Program-made: the position numbers and the translations under genes | The notes under the pieces: model-generated | Told to the model about the DNA's origin: nothing | The model's database searches: none | What the model saw: only the letters and a program-made list of their open reading frames with translations | NCBI RefSeq assembly: GCF_000698785.1 | Contig: NZ_CP007536.1 | Span: forward strand, 840,001-872,000 | DNA: 32,000 nt | DNA from: Nitrososphaera viennensis EN76 | GTDB lineage: Archaea > Thermoproteota > Nitrososphaeria > Nitrososphaerales > Nitrososphaeraceae | Direction of reading: 5' to 3' | Shown here: piece after piece, positions 1 to 8,010 of the stretch | Layout of the letters: the number at the start of each line of letters is the position of its first letter | Numbering within the stretch: position 1 is the stretch's first letter

Positions 1-231
1 GATGTGTATGCAGATCTGGTCCGTGACAGGATAGATGAGGTTCAGGATCTTGAAGTTCTTCATGCTTCCGTCCAGCTTTTCATAAAATGCCGGCATGGGT
101 ATGCCGGTGCCTGAAAGTTTCTGGAGGTAGTCGGAAAGGTGAGGGACCTTCCGGGCTATTTCAAGCAGTTTCTTGTCAATTATAGTAGTAGCAGAAGAAG
201 AAGCGCCAGAAGTCTTTGCTGCCAACTCCAC
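1..231 (-). CDS. arlI: Partial CDS (5' end only, open to the window edge): probable archaellum ATPase ArlI/FlaI N-terminus
   Basis: Absent from the ORF track because it runs off the window. My manual minus-strand translation starts at GTG 231..229, with an in-frame stop just upstream at 264..262. It gives VELAAKTSGASSSATTIIDKKLLEIARKVPHLSDYLQKLSGTGIPMPAFYEKLDGSMKNFKILNLIYPVTDQICIHI. From memory, the xDYLxKL ... IYxVxDxxxIHI layout resembles the N-terminal domain of crenarchaeal FlaI. Only 77 codons are visible and no Walker motifs are in view. Confidence 0.4.
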   Translation of the reverse strand, partial: MELAAKTSGASSSATTIIDKKLLEIARKVPHLSDYLQKLSGTGIPMPAFYEKLDGSMKNFKILNLIYPVTDQICIHI

Positions 232-332
232 GACTGCGATGCACCTGTGAGAAAAGACCGATCAGGCGGGTTAAAACAAATAGTATGTAAAAAATCAGCC
301 ACTAAGAAGAAGCGGCCCTTGGGCAGGCACGG

Positions 333-1244
333 TCAAGCGCCACCCGTCTTGTTGAACATGAACTTGAAGGCCGCTATCAGTGACTGGTTGTTGGTGTAAA
401 AGCCGCAAGACTCTTGCTTCTTGCTTGGCGCCGGGCGGCTGTTCAGCAGGATTATCATTTCCTGGTCGTCGACTATGACAAAGTCTACAGGCGTGCTTGC
501 GCCGTCGACAACCTTCAGGCCCACTGCCCTCATGTCGGCTTCTGCCCCCTCCTCGTTTATGAATTTCGACATCTTGGAGCACGACGTGTGGAGCCTCACT
601 TTTACGCCCTTTTCCGCCAGGCCGAACAGGGCGTCGGTCATTTCAGAATAATAAAGGTCCACCATGTACCTGTCAGAAAGGAGCACGGAAGCCTCGGCTT
701 TTGCCGCAGACAGCATCCGGGCTATCTTGGCGTGCACTGGATCTTCGCCGACTATGACCTGGTAGCTTTCCTTGCCGTCCTGCTCGGGCATCACCATGCC
801 CTCGACTATGCTGTTTATCATGCTCTGGTGCTCGTCTTTGTTTTCCGACACGGCGCGCAGGGCATTCTGCTTCGCCCTGACCAGGCAGTCAACGGCCTCG
901 GTGTACGGCAGCGCATAGTATTTCTGCGGCCTGTCAAACGTGGAAAGGACGACTCCCTTTGAAAGAAGGTTTGAAAGGTAGTGGTATGTTTCCGTGCGGC
1001 CTATTCCAGTGTACTTGGACACGTCGGTCGCAGTGGAGTGCTTGCGGATCATAAGAAAGAGCAGGATCCTCGCTTCATTCAGGCTGAGATCCAGCTTTTG
1101 CAAGTCAGGCAAGAGCTTCTTCTGGACGGCAAGGAAATACTTGGCAAACGCGTAGTCAATCTTGTTGCGCCCATAGATTGAGCCGTCCTCGATTTCAGAG
1201 AAATCGAGATCGACATCGTAGACCTTTTTGATTGATGAAGCCAT
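333..1244 (-). CDS. TrmB-family transcriptional regulator (wHTH plus TrmB-like C-terminal domain)
   Basis: The ORF 333..1397 contains LSLNEARILLFLMIRKHSTATDVSKYTGIGRTETYHYLSNLLSKGVVLSTFDRPQKYYALP, a TrmB-type winged helix. I prefer the ATG at 1244 (MASSIKKVYD...). The upstream 51 codons lie in AT-rich promoter-like sequence and read as low-quality protein. It is paralogous to 10767..11618. Confidence 0.75.
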   Translation of the reverse strand: MASSIKKVYDVDLDFSEIEDGSIYGRNKIDYAFAKYFLAVQKKLLPDLQKLDLSLNEARILLFLMIRKHSTATDVSKYTGIGRTETYHYLSNLLSKGVVLSTFDRPQKYYALPYTEAVDCLVRAKQNALRAVSENKDEHQSMINSIVEGMVMPEQDGKESYQVIVGEDPVHAKIARMLSAAKAEASVLLSDRYMVDLYYSEMTDALFGLAEKGVKVRLHTSCSKMSKFINEEGAEADMRAVGLKVVDGASTPVDFVIVDDQEMIILLNSRPAPSKKQESCGFYTNNQSLIAAFKFMFNKTGGA

Positions 1245-1431
1245 TATAGAAAGCCAATCTAGAAAAAAATTATTTAATACTTTGTAAGTAGAATAGCTAC
1301 ATACACCTAAATTCGGCACATAGCGTATTTTATTCGTCATTCGGCTAATTTTTATGGCCACATCCTGCCAGTTTGCAGGTTTTTCTCTGAAAAACACGTA
1401 TGCACAAGACTTTACATGCTGGTAAACTATG

Positions 1432-1440
1432 TTTCATATA
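1432..1440 (+). promoter_or_regulatory. Candidate TATA element for arlB1
   Basis: TTCATATAA lies in the AT-rich divergent spacer, about 35 nt upstream of the TTG start at 1475. Sequence pattern only. Confidence 0.25.
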
Positions 1441-1474
1441 ACCAGAGTTAAGAAGCAGCCAATATCCTGTAGCG

Positions 1475-2131
1475 TTGGTTCAAAGGCGCGGCATCACGGG
1501 TGTAGAGTCGGCCATAGTTTTGATAGCATTCGTAATAGTCGCCGCGGCAATAGCGTACGTCGTCCTGAATTCAGGTTTCCAGACCACTGAAAAAGCCAAG
1601 AGCACAATCACGACGGGACTTTCAGAAGCCAGCTCCGGCATAGAGGTTGCCGGCGCAGCGACTGGAAAGGGCAACGTGACAAGCGCGGCGGTGGCGGCCT
1701 ACACCATACCTGTCAAGCTGGCGGCAGGCGGCTCGTCGATTGACATTGCGCAGGACAAGATGATCATCAGGTATTCCAGCAAGAGCGTGACGTACGACAA
1801 CATCTATGCGGGGATCATGAGCAACACAACGTTTGCATCCATAGACGACGCCATCCAGCAGGCCAAGGACGAAAACATGGTTTTAAGAAAGCCCGGAGAA
1901 GGGGCAGGACCAGACAAGACTGCAGCCATAGTCTACTTCACCACAAACACCAACAACAACAGAGTCCTTGACCCTGCCGAGCAGATCATGATCCTGGTGG
2001 TATTCAAGGACGCAGAAAGGCCGGCGGCGCTTGACGTTACGAGGCTTGAAGTGATCCCGGTTTCAGGCGCCCCACTGAGCGTGGAAAGGACGATACCACC
2101 TGTGGCAGATACAGTGGTAAGGCTGGATTAA
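1475..2131 (+). CDS. arlB: Archaellin (archaeal flagellin) 1 with class III signal peptide
   Basis: The N-terminus is MVQRRG|ITGVESAIVLIAFVIVAAAIAYVVLNSGF. This shows a short basic leader, Gly at -1 and the conserved hydrophobic archaellin N-terminal helix. The start is TTG. It is paralogous to 2464..3156. Confidence 0.9.
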   Translation: MVQRRGITGVESAIVLIAFVIVAAAIAYVVLNSGFQTTEKAKSTITTGLSEASSGIEVAGAATGKGNVTSAAVAAYTIPVKLAAGGSSIDIAQDKMIIRYSSKSVTYDNIYAGIMSNTTFASIDDAIQQAKDENMVLRKPGEGAGPDKTAAIVYFTTNTNNNRVLDPAEQIMILVVFKDAERPAALDVTRLEVIPVSGAPLSVERTIPPVADTVVRLD

Positions 2132-2165
2132 GCGCGCAAGTTTTTGCGCATGTGCGCGCGCATAT
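2132..2165 (+). terminator. Candidate arlB1 terminator: GC hairpin with T5 run and a (CG)n near-palindrome
   Basis: It lies directly after the TAA stop (2129..2131). GCGCGCA (2132..2138) is complementary to TGCGCGC (2153..2159). The loop carries TTTTT (2141..2145). TGCGCGCGCA (2153..2162) is a perfect palindrome. Confidence 0.3.
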
Positions 2166-2180
2166 GTTGCAGTAGTATCA

Positions 2181-2196
2181 TTGTTTGTACAAACAA
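2181..2196. repeat. Perfect 16-bp palindrome TTGTTTGTACAAACAA in the arlB1-arlB2 spacer
   Basis: The sequence is its own reverse complement. It sits in a non-coding spacer, so it is a possible dimeric regulator site. Confidence 0.5.
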
Positions 2197-2206
2197 GATG
2201 TTAAGA

Positions 2207-2276
2207 GGAAGTCCCGACCGATGAGGGATATGTGTAGTAGCATGGTGGTGTATGAACAAGTCGGTCGGGACTTTCC
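2207..2276 (+). repeat. Long inverted repeat (15-bp stem with one bulged T, 39-nt loop) in the arlB1-arlB2 spacer
   Basis: GGAAGTCCCGACCGA (2207..2221) pairs with TCGGTCGGGACTTTCC (2261..2276). It could form an RNA hairpin or a DNA cruciform. Confidence 0.55.
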
Positions 2277-2463
2277 CTGGTTGGCTGTTCAGACAATGCA
2301 GATAGATGGAGCGTATGATTAAAGGCATTTTATGTCAAAAACCTACATACAACAACAGCTGCTGGCTGCCCGGGTGCACGCAGGCGGCCTGCTACATTTC
2401 GGCGGTAGTAGTATAATGGCGAACATACTCTAGGTTTTAACATCAACCCCCTATACAGGGCTC

Positions 2464-3156
2464 ATGGAAGTCAGAAGGACTCCAAAAAACGGAAACAGAC
2501 ACAACAATAGGCGCGGAGTAGTGGGCATTGAATCTGCAATAGTTTTGATAGCATTCGTTATCGTTGCAGCAGCCCTGTCTTTCGTCGTCCTAAACATGGG
2601 ATTTTCGACAACGCAGAAGGCAAAGAGCACAATCACGTCAGGACTTGGTGAAGCAAGCAGCGCAGTAGAGATCGCAGGCCAGGTAACAGGCAAGGGCAAC
2701 ACGACTGCATCAAAGGTCGATGCATTCACGATACCCATCAAGCTGGCATCCGGCGGCTCGTCAGTCGACATCACTGCGTCAAAGACTGCAGTCAAGTACT
2801 TCAGCAAGAGCGTGACGTACGACAACATCTTCAAGGGAACGCTGACCACAGGCACATACACAGACATCAACAGCGCACTTGCTGCAGCCAAGACACAAGG
2901 ATTCATCAACGAAGTCCCGGGTGTAGGTGCTGGCTCCAACGCAACTGCCGCATTCATCTACTTCACGGCAAACGTGAACAGCAACTCCATCATTGACGCA
3001 GGAGAGCAGGCAGTTCTTGCCATAGCGTACAAGAACGGCGACAGGCCAGCGGCACTGGACACGGTCAATACCGAAATCATAGTTTCGGCAGGTGCACCGC
3101 TGACAGTGGTAAGAAGCGTGCCAACAATCACCGATGCAGTGTTGAACCTCGGTTAA
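2464..3156 (+). CDS. arlB: Archaellin (archaeal flagellin) 2 with class III signal peptide
   Basis: It reads ...NNRRG|VVGIESAIVLIAFVIVAAALSFVVLNMGFSTTQKAKSTITSGL and is collinear with archaellin 1 (shared KSVTYDNI, DRPAALD). The leader is longer (18 aa) than in copy 1. Confidence 0.9.
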   Translation: MEVRRTPKNGNRHNNRRGVVGIESAIVLIAFVIVAAALSFVVLNMGFSTTQKAKSTITSGLGEASSAVEIAGQVTGKGNTTASKVDAFTIPIKLASGGSSVDITASKTAVKYFSKSVTYDNIFKGTLTTGTYTDINSALAAAKTQGFINEVPGVGAGSNATAAFIYFTANVNSNSIIDAGEQAVLAIAYKNGDRPAALDTVNTEIIVSAGAPLTVVRSVPTITDAVLNLG

Positions 3157-3172
3157 GGGAGCGGACCACAAA

Positions 3173-4633
3173 ATGGTCTCCCCACCCAACCTTTTTTTAA
3201 AATTTAACCTATCTCAATTACCACTAAAGATATCCGGCACAGGCTTGAGAGCAGCGATTGCCGGTGCGGCTACCGGAGCGTTTTACGTTGCCGCTAACTT
3301 CATGCTTCCGGACTACTTTGCGTTCAGCAAGTTTGATCCGGCCTACATCACGGGTTCTGATAAAGCCGCTTATTCAGTACTATTGTTTTGTCCTGCAATA
3401 GCAGGCGCGGCCGGCTTTGTGCTGCCGCCGCACGTCAAAAACGTGATTCAGATCTTCTCCAAACTCAAGCCATCTCGCGGGGCTGCAAGTGCGCCAAGCC
3501 CGGCCCAGCCAGAGGCGGCGGCTCCTCCCGCTGCCGCAGGACAGGTTGAAGCCGCCGCAGCGCCGGCTCCCACGCTGTTGGCACAGGAGCAGGCGGGCAC
3601 GCAGCTGGCAGCGCCACCGCCACCGCAGCAGGCATCCAGTAGCAGCATGGAAGACATGGTGACCATGATAGAAGACATGGTGGGCAAGAAGGTCGGCGAA
3701 GTCGTGACCGACGTAACCAACATGAAGAACGAGGTGACATCTTTCAGGGACGACATAAGCAAGCTGAAAGAGGACATACGGAACCTCACGCTGTCGTTTG
3801 AATCGTCCCTGACCGACCTCAAGGCGTTCCAGGCGGAGATGGTGAACCCCTTGAATTTCATGCGCAAGTACTTTGAGACGATGGACATCAAGAACCTGTC
3901 AGATCCCATTCAGGGTCTGCCCCACGTTGAACTGCCGTCAAAGACTCAGGTCCAGCACCAAAAAAAGGAAGGACAGGCGGCAGCAGAGCAAAAACCGGAA
4001 GTTCATGATGGTGATGACAATGACGACGATAAAAAAATCGATACTATTCCGGCCGAAAGTCCCCTTGCGGACGACGATGACGGCGACGAGGATGATGCTG
4101 GCAGAACCTCGCTTGGAACGCCGCATGCAGCTGTCGAGAACGCGTTCCAGCACCTGCTCCCTCAGGCGGAAAGACTCGGAGGCGAAATGCCAGTGGTAAG
4201 CTACAAGCAGCAGGACAGCGGAAGTGGGAATGGAAATGGAAACGGGAACGGGAATGGCCACGCAAACCCGCTTTTTCAGGGCAACCTGACCCTCGGCAAA
4301 CTGATGTCGATGGTCTCGATCCTGGACAAAATGCTGCGCGACATGGGACCCGACGAGCTTGAGGCCCTTATTGAGCAGTACAGGCAGTTTGGCCTCAAGG
4401 CAGAGGACGAGGCGGCGATATACAAGGTCGTAGGCATGCTGAAGGATTTCGGCATGTCTGCCGATGAGGCCATGGTCAGGCTCTACAGGCTTGGCCAGAT
4501 AATGGGCATCAAGGACGCCCAGGCAGACCTGGAGTACGCCAAGCTGAAGGCAAGGGCAAAACCATCAAAGAGCGCATCATCCGCGGCAAGCCGCGTAGGA
4601 ACAACGGCATACAGGAGGGGCGCGGATGGTTAG
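3173..4633 (+). CDS. Archaellum accessory protein: membrane-anchored ArlX-position protein with FlaC-like coiled coil and FlaD/E-like C-terminal region
   Basis: Two hydrophobic N-terminal segments are present (LRAAIAGAATGAFYVAANFML and AAYSVLLFCPAIAGAAGFVLPP). They are followed by an Ala/Pro-rich linker. A heptad-like segment VTNMKNEVTSFRDDISKLKEDIRNLTLSFESSLTDLKAFQAEMVNPLNF resembles the FlaC_arch pattern ending in NPF. An acidic block DGDDNDDD...DDDDGDEDD and an SGSGNGNGNGNGNG repeat follow. The C-terminal helical region is MVSILDKMLRDMGPDELEALIEQYRQFGLKAEDEAAIYKVV. Its stop overlaps the arlG start (4626..4633). Confidence 0.55.
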   Translation: MVSPPNLFLKFNLSQLPLKISGTGLRAAIAGAATGAFYVAANFMLPDYFAFSKFDPAYITGSDKAAYSVLLFCPAIAGAAGFVLPPHVKNVIQIFSKLKPSRGAASAPSPAQPEAAAPPAAAGQVEAAAAPAPTLLAQEQAGTQLAAPPPPQQASSSSMEDMVTMIEDMVGKKVGEVVTDVTNMKNEVTSFRDDISKLKEDIRNLTLSFESSLTDLKAFQAEMVNPLNFMRKYFETMDIKNLSDPIQGLPHVELPSKTQVQHQKKEGQAAAEQKPEVHDGDDNDDDKKIDTIPAESPLADDDDGDEDDAGRTSLGTPHAAVENAFQHLLPQAERLGGEMPVVSYKQQDSGSGNGNGNGNGNGHANPLFQGNLTLGKLMSMVSILDKMLRDMGPDELEALIEQYRQFGLKAEDEAAIYKVVGMLKDFGMSADEAMVRLYRLGQIMGIKDAQADLEYAKLKARAKPSKSASSAASRVGTTAYRRGADG

Positions 4634-5096
4634 CGCAGGGATCACGGAGGGCATAATGCTGGTTGCTTCGGTCATCGTGGCATCCTCACTGGCGGGGATG
4701 GTCATAAGCAAGACCGGTGCCTTGAACTCGTCGTTTACAATTTCTGCCGAGGCGCAGAAGGACATGATCCTGACAAAGATCAAAATAGTGTACGTCTCTG
4801 GCAACAGCTCGTCTCCGGCGGTGACGGTGTGGGCCAAAAACATCGGCAGCACCCCAGTAAGCAACACTGACAAGCTGGACGTATACTTTGGCAAGGTGGG
4901 CTCGACGGCCCGGATACCCTACAATGCAGGGTCCGATCCAAAGTGGGTTTACAGCGCAAATGTGACGCAGTGGCAGATCAAAGACACCGTCCAGATAGAC
5001 ATCGCCAACGGAAGCAACCTCTCTCCAGGCAGCACGTACGTGGTAAGGCTGGTGGCGCCAAACGGGGTTACGGACGAGTACCTGTTCTCTACCTGA
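4626..5096 (+). CDS. arlG: Archaellum stator/accessory protein, FlaG/ArlG-like (FlaF/FlaG family)
   Basis: The archaellin-like N-terminal helix MVSAGITEGIMLVASVIVASSLAGMV is followed by a beta-rich domain (KIKIVYVSG..., VWAKNIGSTPV). The G versus F assignment rests on N-terminal resemblance and crenarchaeal G-F gene order. It is less certain than family membership. Confidence 0.6.
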   Translation: MVSAGITEGIMLVASVIVASSLAGMVISKTGALNSSFTISAEAQKDMILTKIKIVYVSGNSSSPAVTVWAKNIGSTPVSNTDKLDVYFGKVGSTARIPYNAGSDPKWVYSANVTQWQIKDTVQIDIANGSNLSPGSTYVVRLVAPNGVTDEYLFST

Positions 5097-5111
5097 TACA
5101 ATGGGGGCGGC

Positions 5112-5654
5112 TTGGAGATGGGGATAAGCAATGCGGTGTCTGGCGGGATAATAATGATCACTATGGTGTACGTCATGCTGGCCATACCCGGCATACTTGA
5201 CAGAAATACTGCGTTGAGCAGTGCCATCGCCCAGAGGGCAAGGTCAGACGATGCAGAGCTAAAGACAGAGATCAGCATCACATCTCTGTCGCTGGCACCG
5301 GGAGGCTCTACGATAAACGCAGAGCTTGCCAACGACGGCAGCACCAAGCTGTGGGAATATTCCAAGTTCACGGTGATAGCCACCTATGACGCCAACGTCA
5401 CCGGGAACAGGGTCAAGACCACCGAAGAGCTGGAGTACGGCGGCATCTCGCCCACGCCTGCGGCAGGCCAGTGGGTCATCTACTCTTTTGACCCGTCGAT
5501 CGACTCGTACGTCGACCCGCAGGTGGTGAACCCCGGCGAGCAGTTTACCATCAAGATAAAGCCGCAGAACCCCATATACACGTCAAGCCCGGTTGTTTAC
5601 GTGGCCGTGTCCACGCAGAACGGCGTGACTGCAGGCAAGGGAGGTACGCTCTAG
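5112..5654 (+). CDS. arlF: Archaellum stator/accessory protein, FlaF/ArlF-like (FlaF/FlaG family)
   Basis: The N-terminus MEMGISNAVSGGIIMITMVYVMLAIPG resembles the MGFS... type start of FlaF; the true start may be the ATG at 5118. A beta-rich C-terminal domain follows. The gene sits directly before arlH. Confidence 0.6.
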   Translation: MEMGISNAVSGGIIMITMVYVMLAIPGILDRNTALSSAIAQRARSDDAELKTEISITSLSLAPGGSTINAELANDGSTKLWEYSKFTVIATYDANVTGNRVKTTEELEYGGISPTPAAGQWVIYSFDPSIDSYVDPQVVNPGEQFTIKIKPQNPIYTSSPVVYVAVSTQNGVTAGKGGTL

Positions 5655-5660
5655 CACAAC

Positions 5661-6365
5661 ATGATAAGCACGGTCTCTACCAGCAACGAGGAGGTCGACA
5701 GGCAGTTTGGAGGAGGGCTCCCGCTTCCGTCGCTTGTGCTCATAGAGGGCGAGCACGGCACTGGCAAGAGCGCGCTCACGGCGCAGTTCATGAAGGGCAT
5801 GCTTGATTCAAGGCTGAAGGTGCTCTACATCACGACAGAGAGCAACATCAAGGACTACATCGCAAAGATGAAAAAGATAACGTTTGATTTCAGCCATCCC
5901 TTCCTGCAGAACAGGCTCTCGATATTGCAGGTGCAGGCCGACGGCATAACCTGGTCCAAAAAACTGTCAAAATATCTGCTTCCGGTGGTGAGCAGGTACA
6001 TGAGCATAAACCTGAAAAAGTACGACGTGACTGTCATTGATTCCCTGTCCGTCCTCAGCATGCACTCTGACGCAAACACCGTGATGGACTTTTTCACGCG
6101 CTGCAAGTACCTGGTCTCAAACGGCATGTCCATCGTCATGACGCTCCACCCAGGCGCCGTCAGCGAGGACGTGGCGCTGCGCATAAGGTCTACGTGCGAC
6201 GGCTATCTGAAGATCCAGAACGCCATCGTGAGCGGCAGGAGCGTCAAGGTCATGGAGGTCGTAAAGCTCATCGGCTCGTCGTCGCAGGTGACGTCGCAGT
6301 TCAGCTTTGAAGTTGACCAGAACTTCGGGATCAAGATCGTGCCGATATCGATGGCCAACGCATGA
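5661..6365 (+). CDS. arlH: Archaellum ATP-binding protein ArlH/FlaH (RecA/KaiC-like)
   Basis: Walker A GEHGTGKS lies in the context GGGLPLPSLVLIEGEHGTGKSALTAQF. The size (234 aa) is typical and the gene sits next to arlJ. Confidence 0.85.
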   Translation: MISTVSTSNEEVDRQFGGGLPLPSLVLIEGEHGTGKSALTAQFMKGMLDSRLKVLYITTESNIKDYIAKMKKITFDFSHPFLQNRLSILQVQADGITWSKKLSKYLLPVVSRYMSINLKKYDVTVIDSLSVLSMHSDANTVMDFFTRCKYLVSNGMSIVMTLHPGAVSEDVALRIRSTCDGYLKIQNAIVSGRSVKVMEVVKLIGSSSQVTSQFSFEVDQNFGIKIVPISMANA

Positions 6366-6392
6366 CAGGAGAGAGGGAGAAAAAGAGACACA

Positions 6393-7895
6393 ATGAAAAC
6401 TGCCATCGACCTGAAAAAAATCCTGCCCTTTCTCCCCGGCCAGTCCTCCAAGTCAAGCACCCTTGACGAGACGCTGGTGTACTTTGTGACATTCCTCTTC
6501 TCCCTCTCCACAGCCGAGATCTCGCCTTCAAACCTGTTAAAGACCGCCGGCTCTGTCGGGTACGGGATATATTCAAAGACAGTAATGGAGATCCACAACC
6601 TCGGCCTCAGGTGGCAGTACGGCATCGCAACGGCAGCCGGCATAGTCGCCTCGCAGGTTCCAAACGAGGAGTTCAAGCTGTTCCTCATGAAGCTTGAGCA
6701 GGTCATAAGGCTTGGAGACAGCCTGCGCGATTTCCTAAAGAGCGAGATGGCGGCCGTCGTCAACGCCTACGCGTCAGCGTACGAGAGGAGCATGGAGTCG
6801 CTCAAGCTCCTTCTCGGCATGTTCTCCACCTTGATGTCGACAGCGTCTTTCATGATAGCCGCCATGATGATAATGTCGATGATAGGCGGCGGAGACAGCT
6901 CAACCATAATCGTGGTGGCGTTTGCCACGATAGCAGGCCTCGGGGCGTTTGCCCTCATGATGTACATGATATTCCCAAAGGACAAGCTGATGAATGAAAA
7001 CGGGGAGCACCTGAAGCAGTTCAAGAAGATCTTTTTGCCGTCGGTGGGCGCCAGCGTGGCCATAGGCATTGCGCTCTTGTTTGTCCCGCAGGTTTCAAGG
7101 GAGATTATCGTAAGCGCCGTCGGGGGCCCGCTCATCTTTCCGGGATTTGTCGCCAAGAGGGTTGAAGGCAGGATCAAAAAGCTGGACGAGTCGTTTCCTT
7201 CGTTCATACGCCACCTCACAGAGATATACGCCACGGTGGGCTCGCTCGGGCAGGCGCTCAAGACGGTGATGAAGAGTGATTTTGGCGGCCTGTCGACGCA
7301 TGCAAGATCCATGCTGAACAGGGTGCTGAACAGGGTAACAATGGAGCAGGCCTTTGAACTCTTTTCTACAGACACCGGGAACGAGCTCATCACGGCAAGC
7401 AACAAGGTGATATCCATCTCGATGATCAAGGGGGCCAACATGATCGAGGTCGGAGAGACGCTGGCGCAGCTTACGTCCAGGTTCAACGACCTGAGGAAAA
7501 AGAGGCAGCAGGTGTCAAAGGCGTTTGAGACTACAGTCCTCATCCTGCACGTCCTGACCGTGGCAGTCATGAGTTTCATGAAGGGCGTCTTTCAGTTCTT
7601 TGCAGACATATTCGGCCACCTGGACAAGAGCCTTGGGGCGAGCGTCATCCAGCCCATCCCGCCGGACATGATGAACATTGTGCTTCCGCTCATGATAGTT
7701 GCCCTGGCGTGCATAAACGGGCTCGTGATCAAGATCTCCCAGGGAGGGCTGTACAAGACAATGTGGTTCAACATCGGCCTCTTGCTTGTCATAGGCGGAG
7801 TAGTATCGTTTGGCGTGCAGCAATTCGTAGGCCAGATGTTTGGCGACATCATAGGCTCAAACCCGTTTGGCGACCTTGCCACCCAGGCTCCATAA
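6393..7895 (+). CDS. arlJ: Archaellum platform membrane protein ArlJ/FlaJ (T2SS F-like)
   Basis: This is a 500-aa polytopic membrane protein with cytoplasmic helical domains between hydrophobic blocks (MFSTLMSTASFMIAAMMIMSMIGG, IIVVAFATIAGLGAFALMMYMIF, C-terminal TM cluster). It is the last gene of the arl operon. Confidence 0.85.
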   Translation: MKTAIDLKKILPFLPGQSSKSSTLDETLVYFVTFLFSLSTAEISPSNLLKTAGSVGYGIYSKTVMEIHNLGLRWQYGIATAAGIVASQVPNEEFKLFLMKLEQVIRLGDSLRDFLKSEMAAVVNAYASAYERSMESLKLLLGMFSTLMSTASFMIAAMMIMSMIGGGDSSTIIVVAFATIAGLGAFALMMYMIFPKDKLMNENGEHLKQFKKIFLPSVGASVAIGIALLFVPQVSREIIVSAVGGPLIFPGFVAKRVEGRIKKLDESFPSFIRHLTEIYATVGSLGQALKTVMKSDFGGLSTHARSMLNRVLNRVTMEQAFELFSTDTGNELITASNKVISISMIKGANMIEVGETLAQLTSRFNDLRKKRQQVSKAFETTVLILHVLTVAVMSFMKGVFQFFADIFGHLDKSLGASVIQPIPPDMMNIVLPLMIVALACINGLVIKISQGGLYKTMWFNIGLLLVIGGVVSFGVQQFVGQMFGDIIGSNPFGDLATQAP

Positions 7896-7920
7896 TGCAA
7901 AAAAAAGAAGAACAAGATAT

Positions 7921-7936
7921 CCCCGCGCTTTTTTGC
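7921..7936 (+). terminator. Candidate oligo-T terminator of the archaellum operon
   Basis: CCCCGCGCTTTTTTGC has a T6 run at 7929..7934, about 30 nt after the arlJ stop. Archaeal RNA polymerase terminates at oligo-T tracts. Confidence 0.35.
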
Positions 7937-7982
7937 GTCTCATTTGCCTCAAGTGTATGTAAATCGCTTGACTTGCTTGAGG

Positions 7983-7990
7983 ATATAAAA
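7983..7990 (+). promoter_or_regulatory. Candidate TATA box (ATATAAAA) for the 8011..10177 module
   Basis: Its centre lies about 24 nt upstream of the ATG at 8011. That spacing is typical of leaderless archaeal transcripts. Confidence 0.4.
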
Positions 7991-8010
7991 TCAGGAGTAG
8001 AATTCATGTC

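Noticed and set aside
414-962. 182-aa plus-strand ORF (also 421..651 and 139..399)
   Set aside because: It is antisense to the well-supported TrmB-like gene. The translation is Arg/His/Val-rich with no recognisable motif, which is typical of a shadow ORF in GC-rich DNA.
1245-1397. N-terminal 51-codon extension of the TrmB-like ORF
   Set aside because: The extension lies in AT-rich promoter-like sequence and reads poorly (…NKIRYVPNLGVCSYSTYKVLNNFF…). The paralogue has no such extension, so the ATG at 1244 is preferred.
2128-2328. 66-aa minus-strand ORF inside the arlB1-arlB2 spacer
   Set aside because: It spans the palindromes and hairpin, and the translation has no protein-like features. 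The region is better explained as structured non-coding DNA/RNA.
2451-2957. 168-aa minus-strand ORF (similarly 1480..1674, 2779..3189 and 3448..3909)
   Set aside because: These are antisense shadows of the archaellin and accessory genes, whose own translations carry strong family signatures.
4218-4260. GGA/AAT-type hexanucleotide repeat, considered as a microsatellite or repeat array
   Set aside because: It is in frame within 3173..4633 and encodes SGSGNGNGNGNGNG. It is therefore coding low complexity, not a CRISPR or an independent repeat locus.
6767-7579. 270-aa minus-strand ORF (also 6203..6763 and 7592..7915)
   Set aside because: These are antisense to arlJ and arlH. Their hydrophobic-looking translations are the mirror of a membrane-protein gene.
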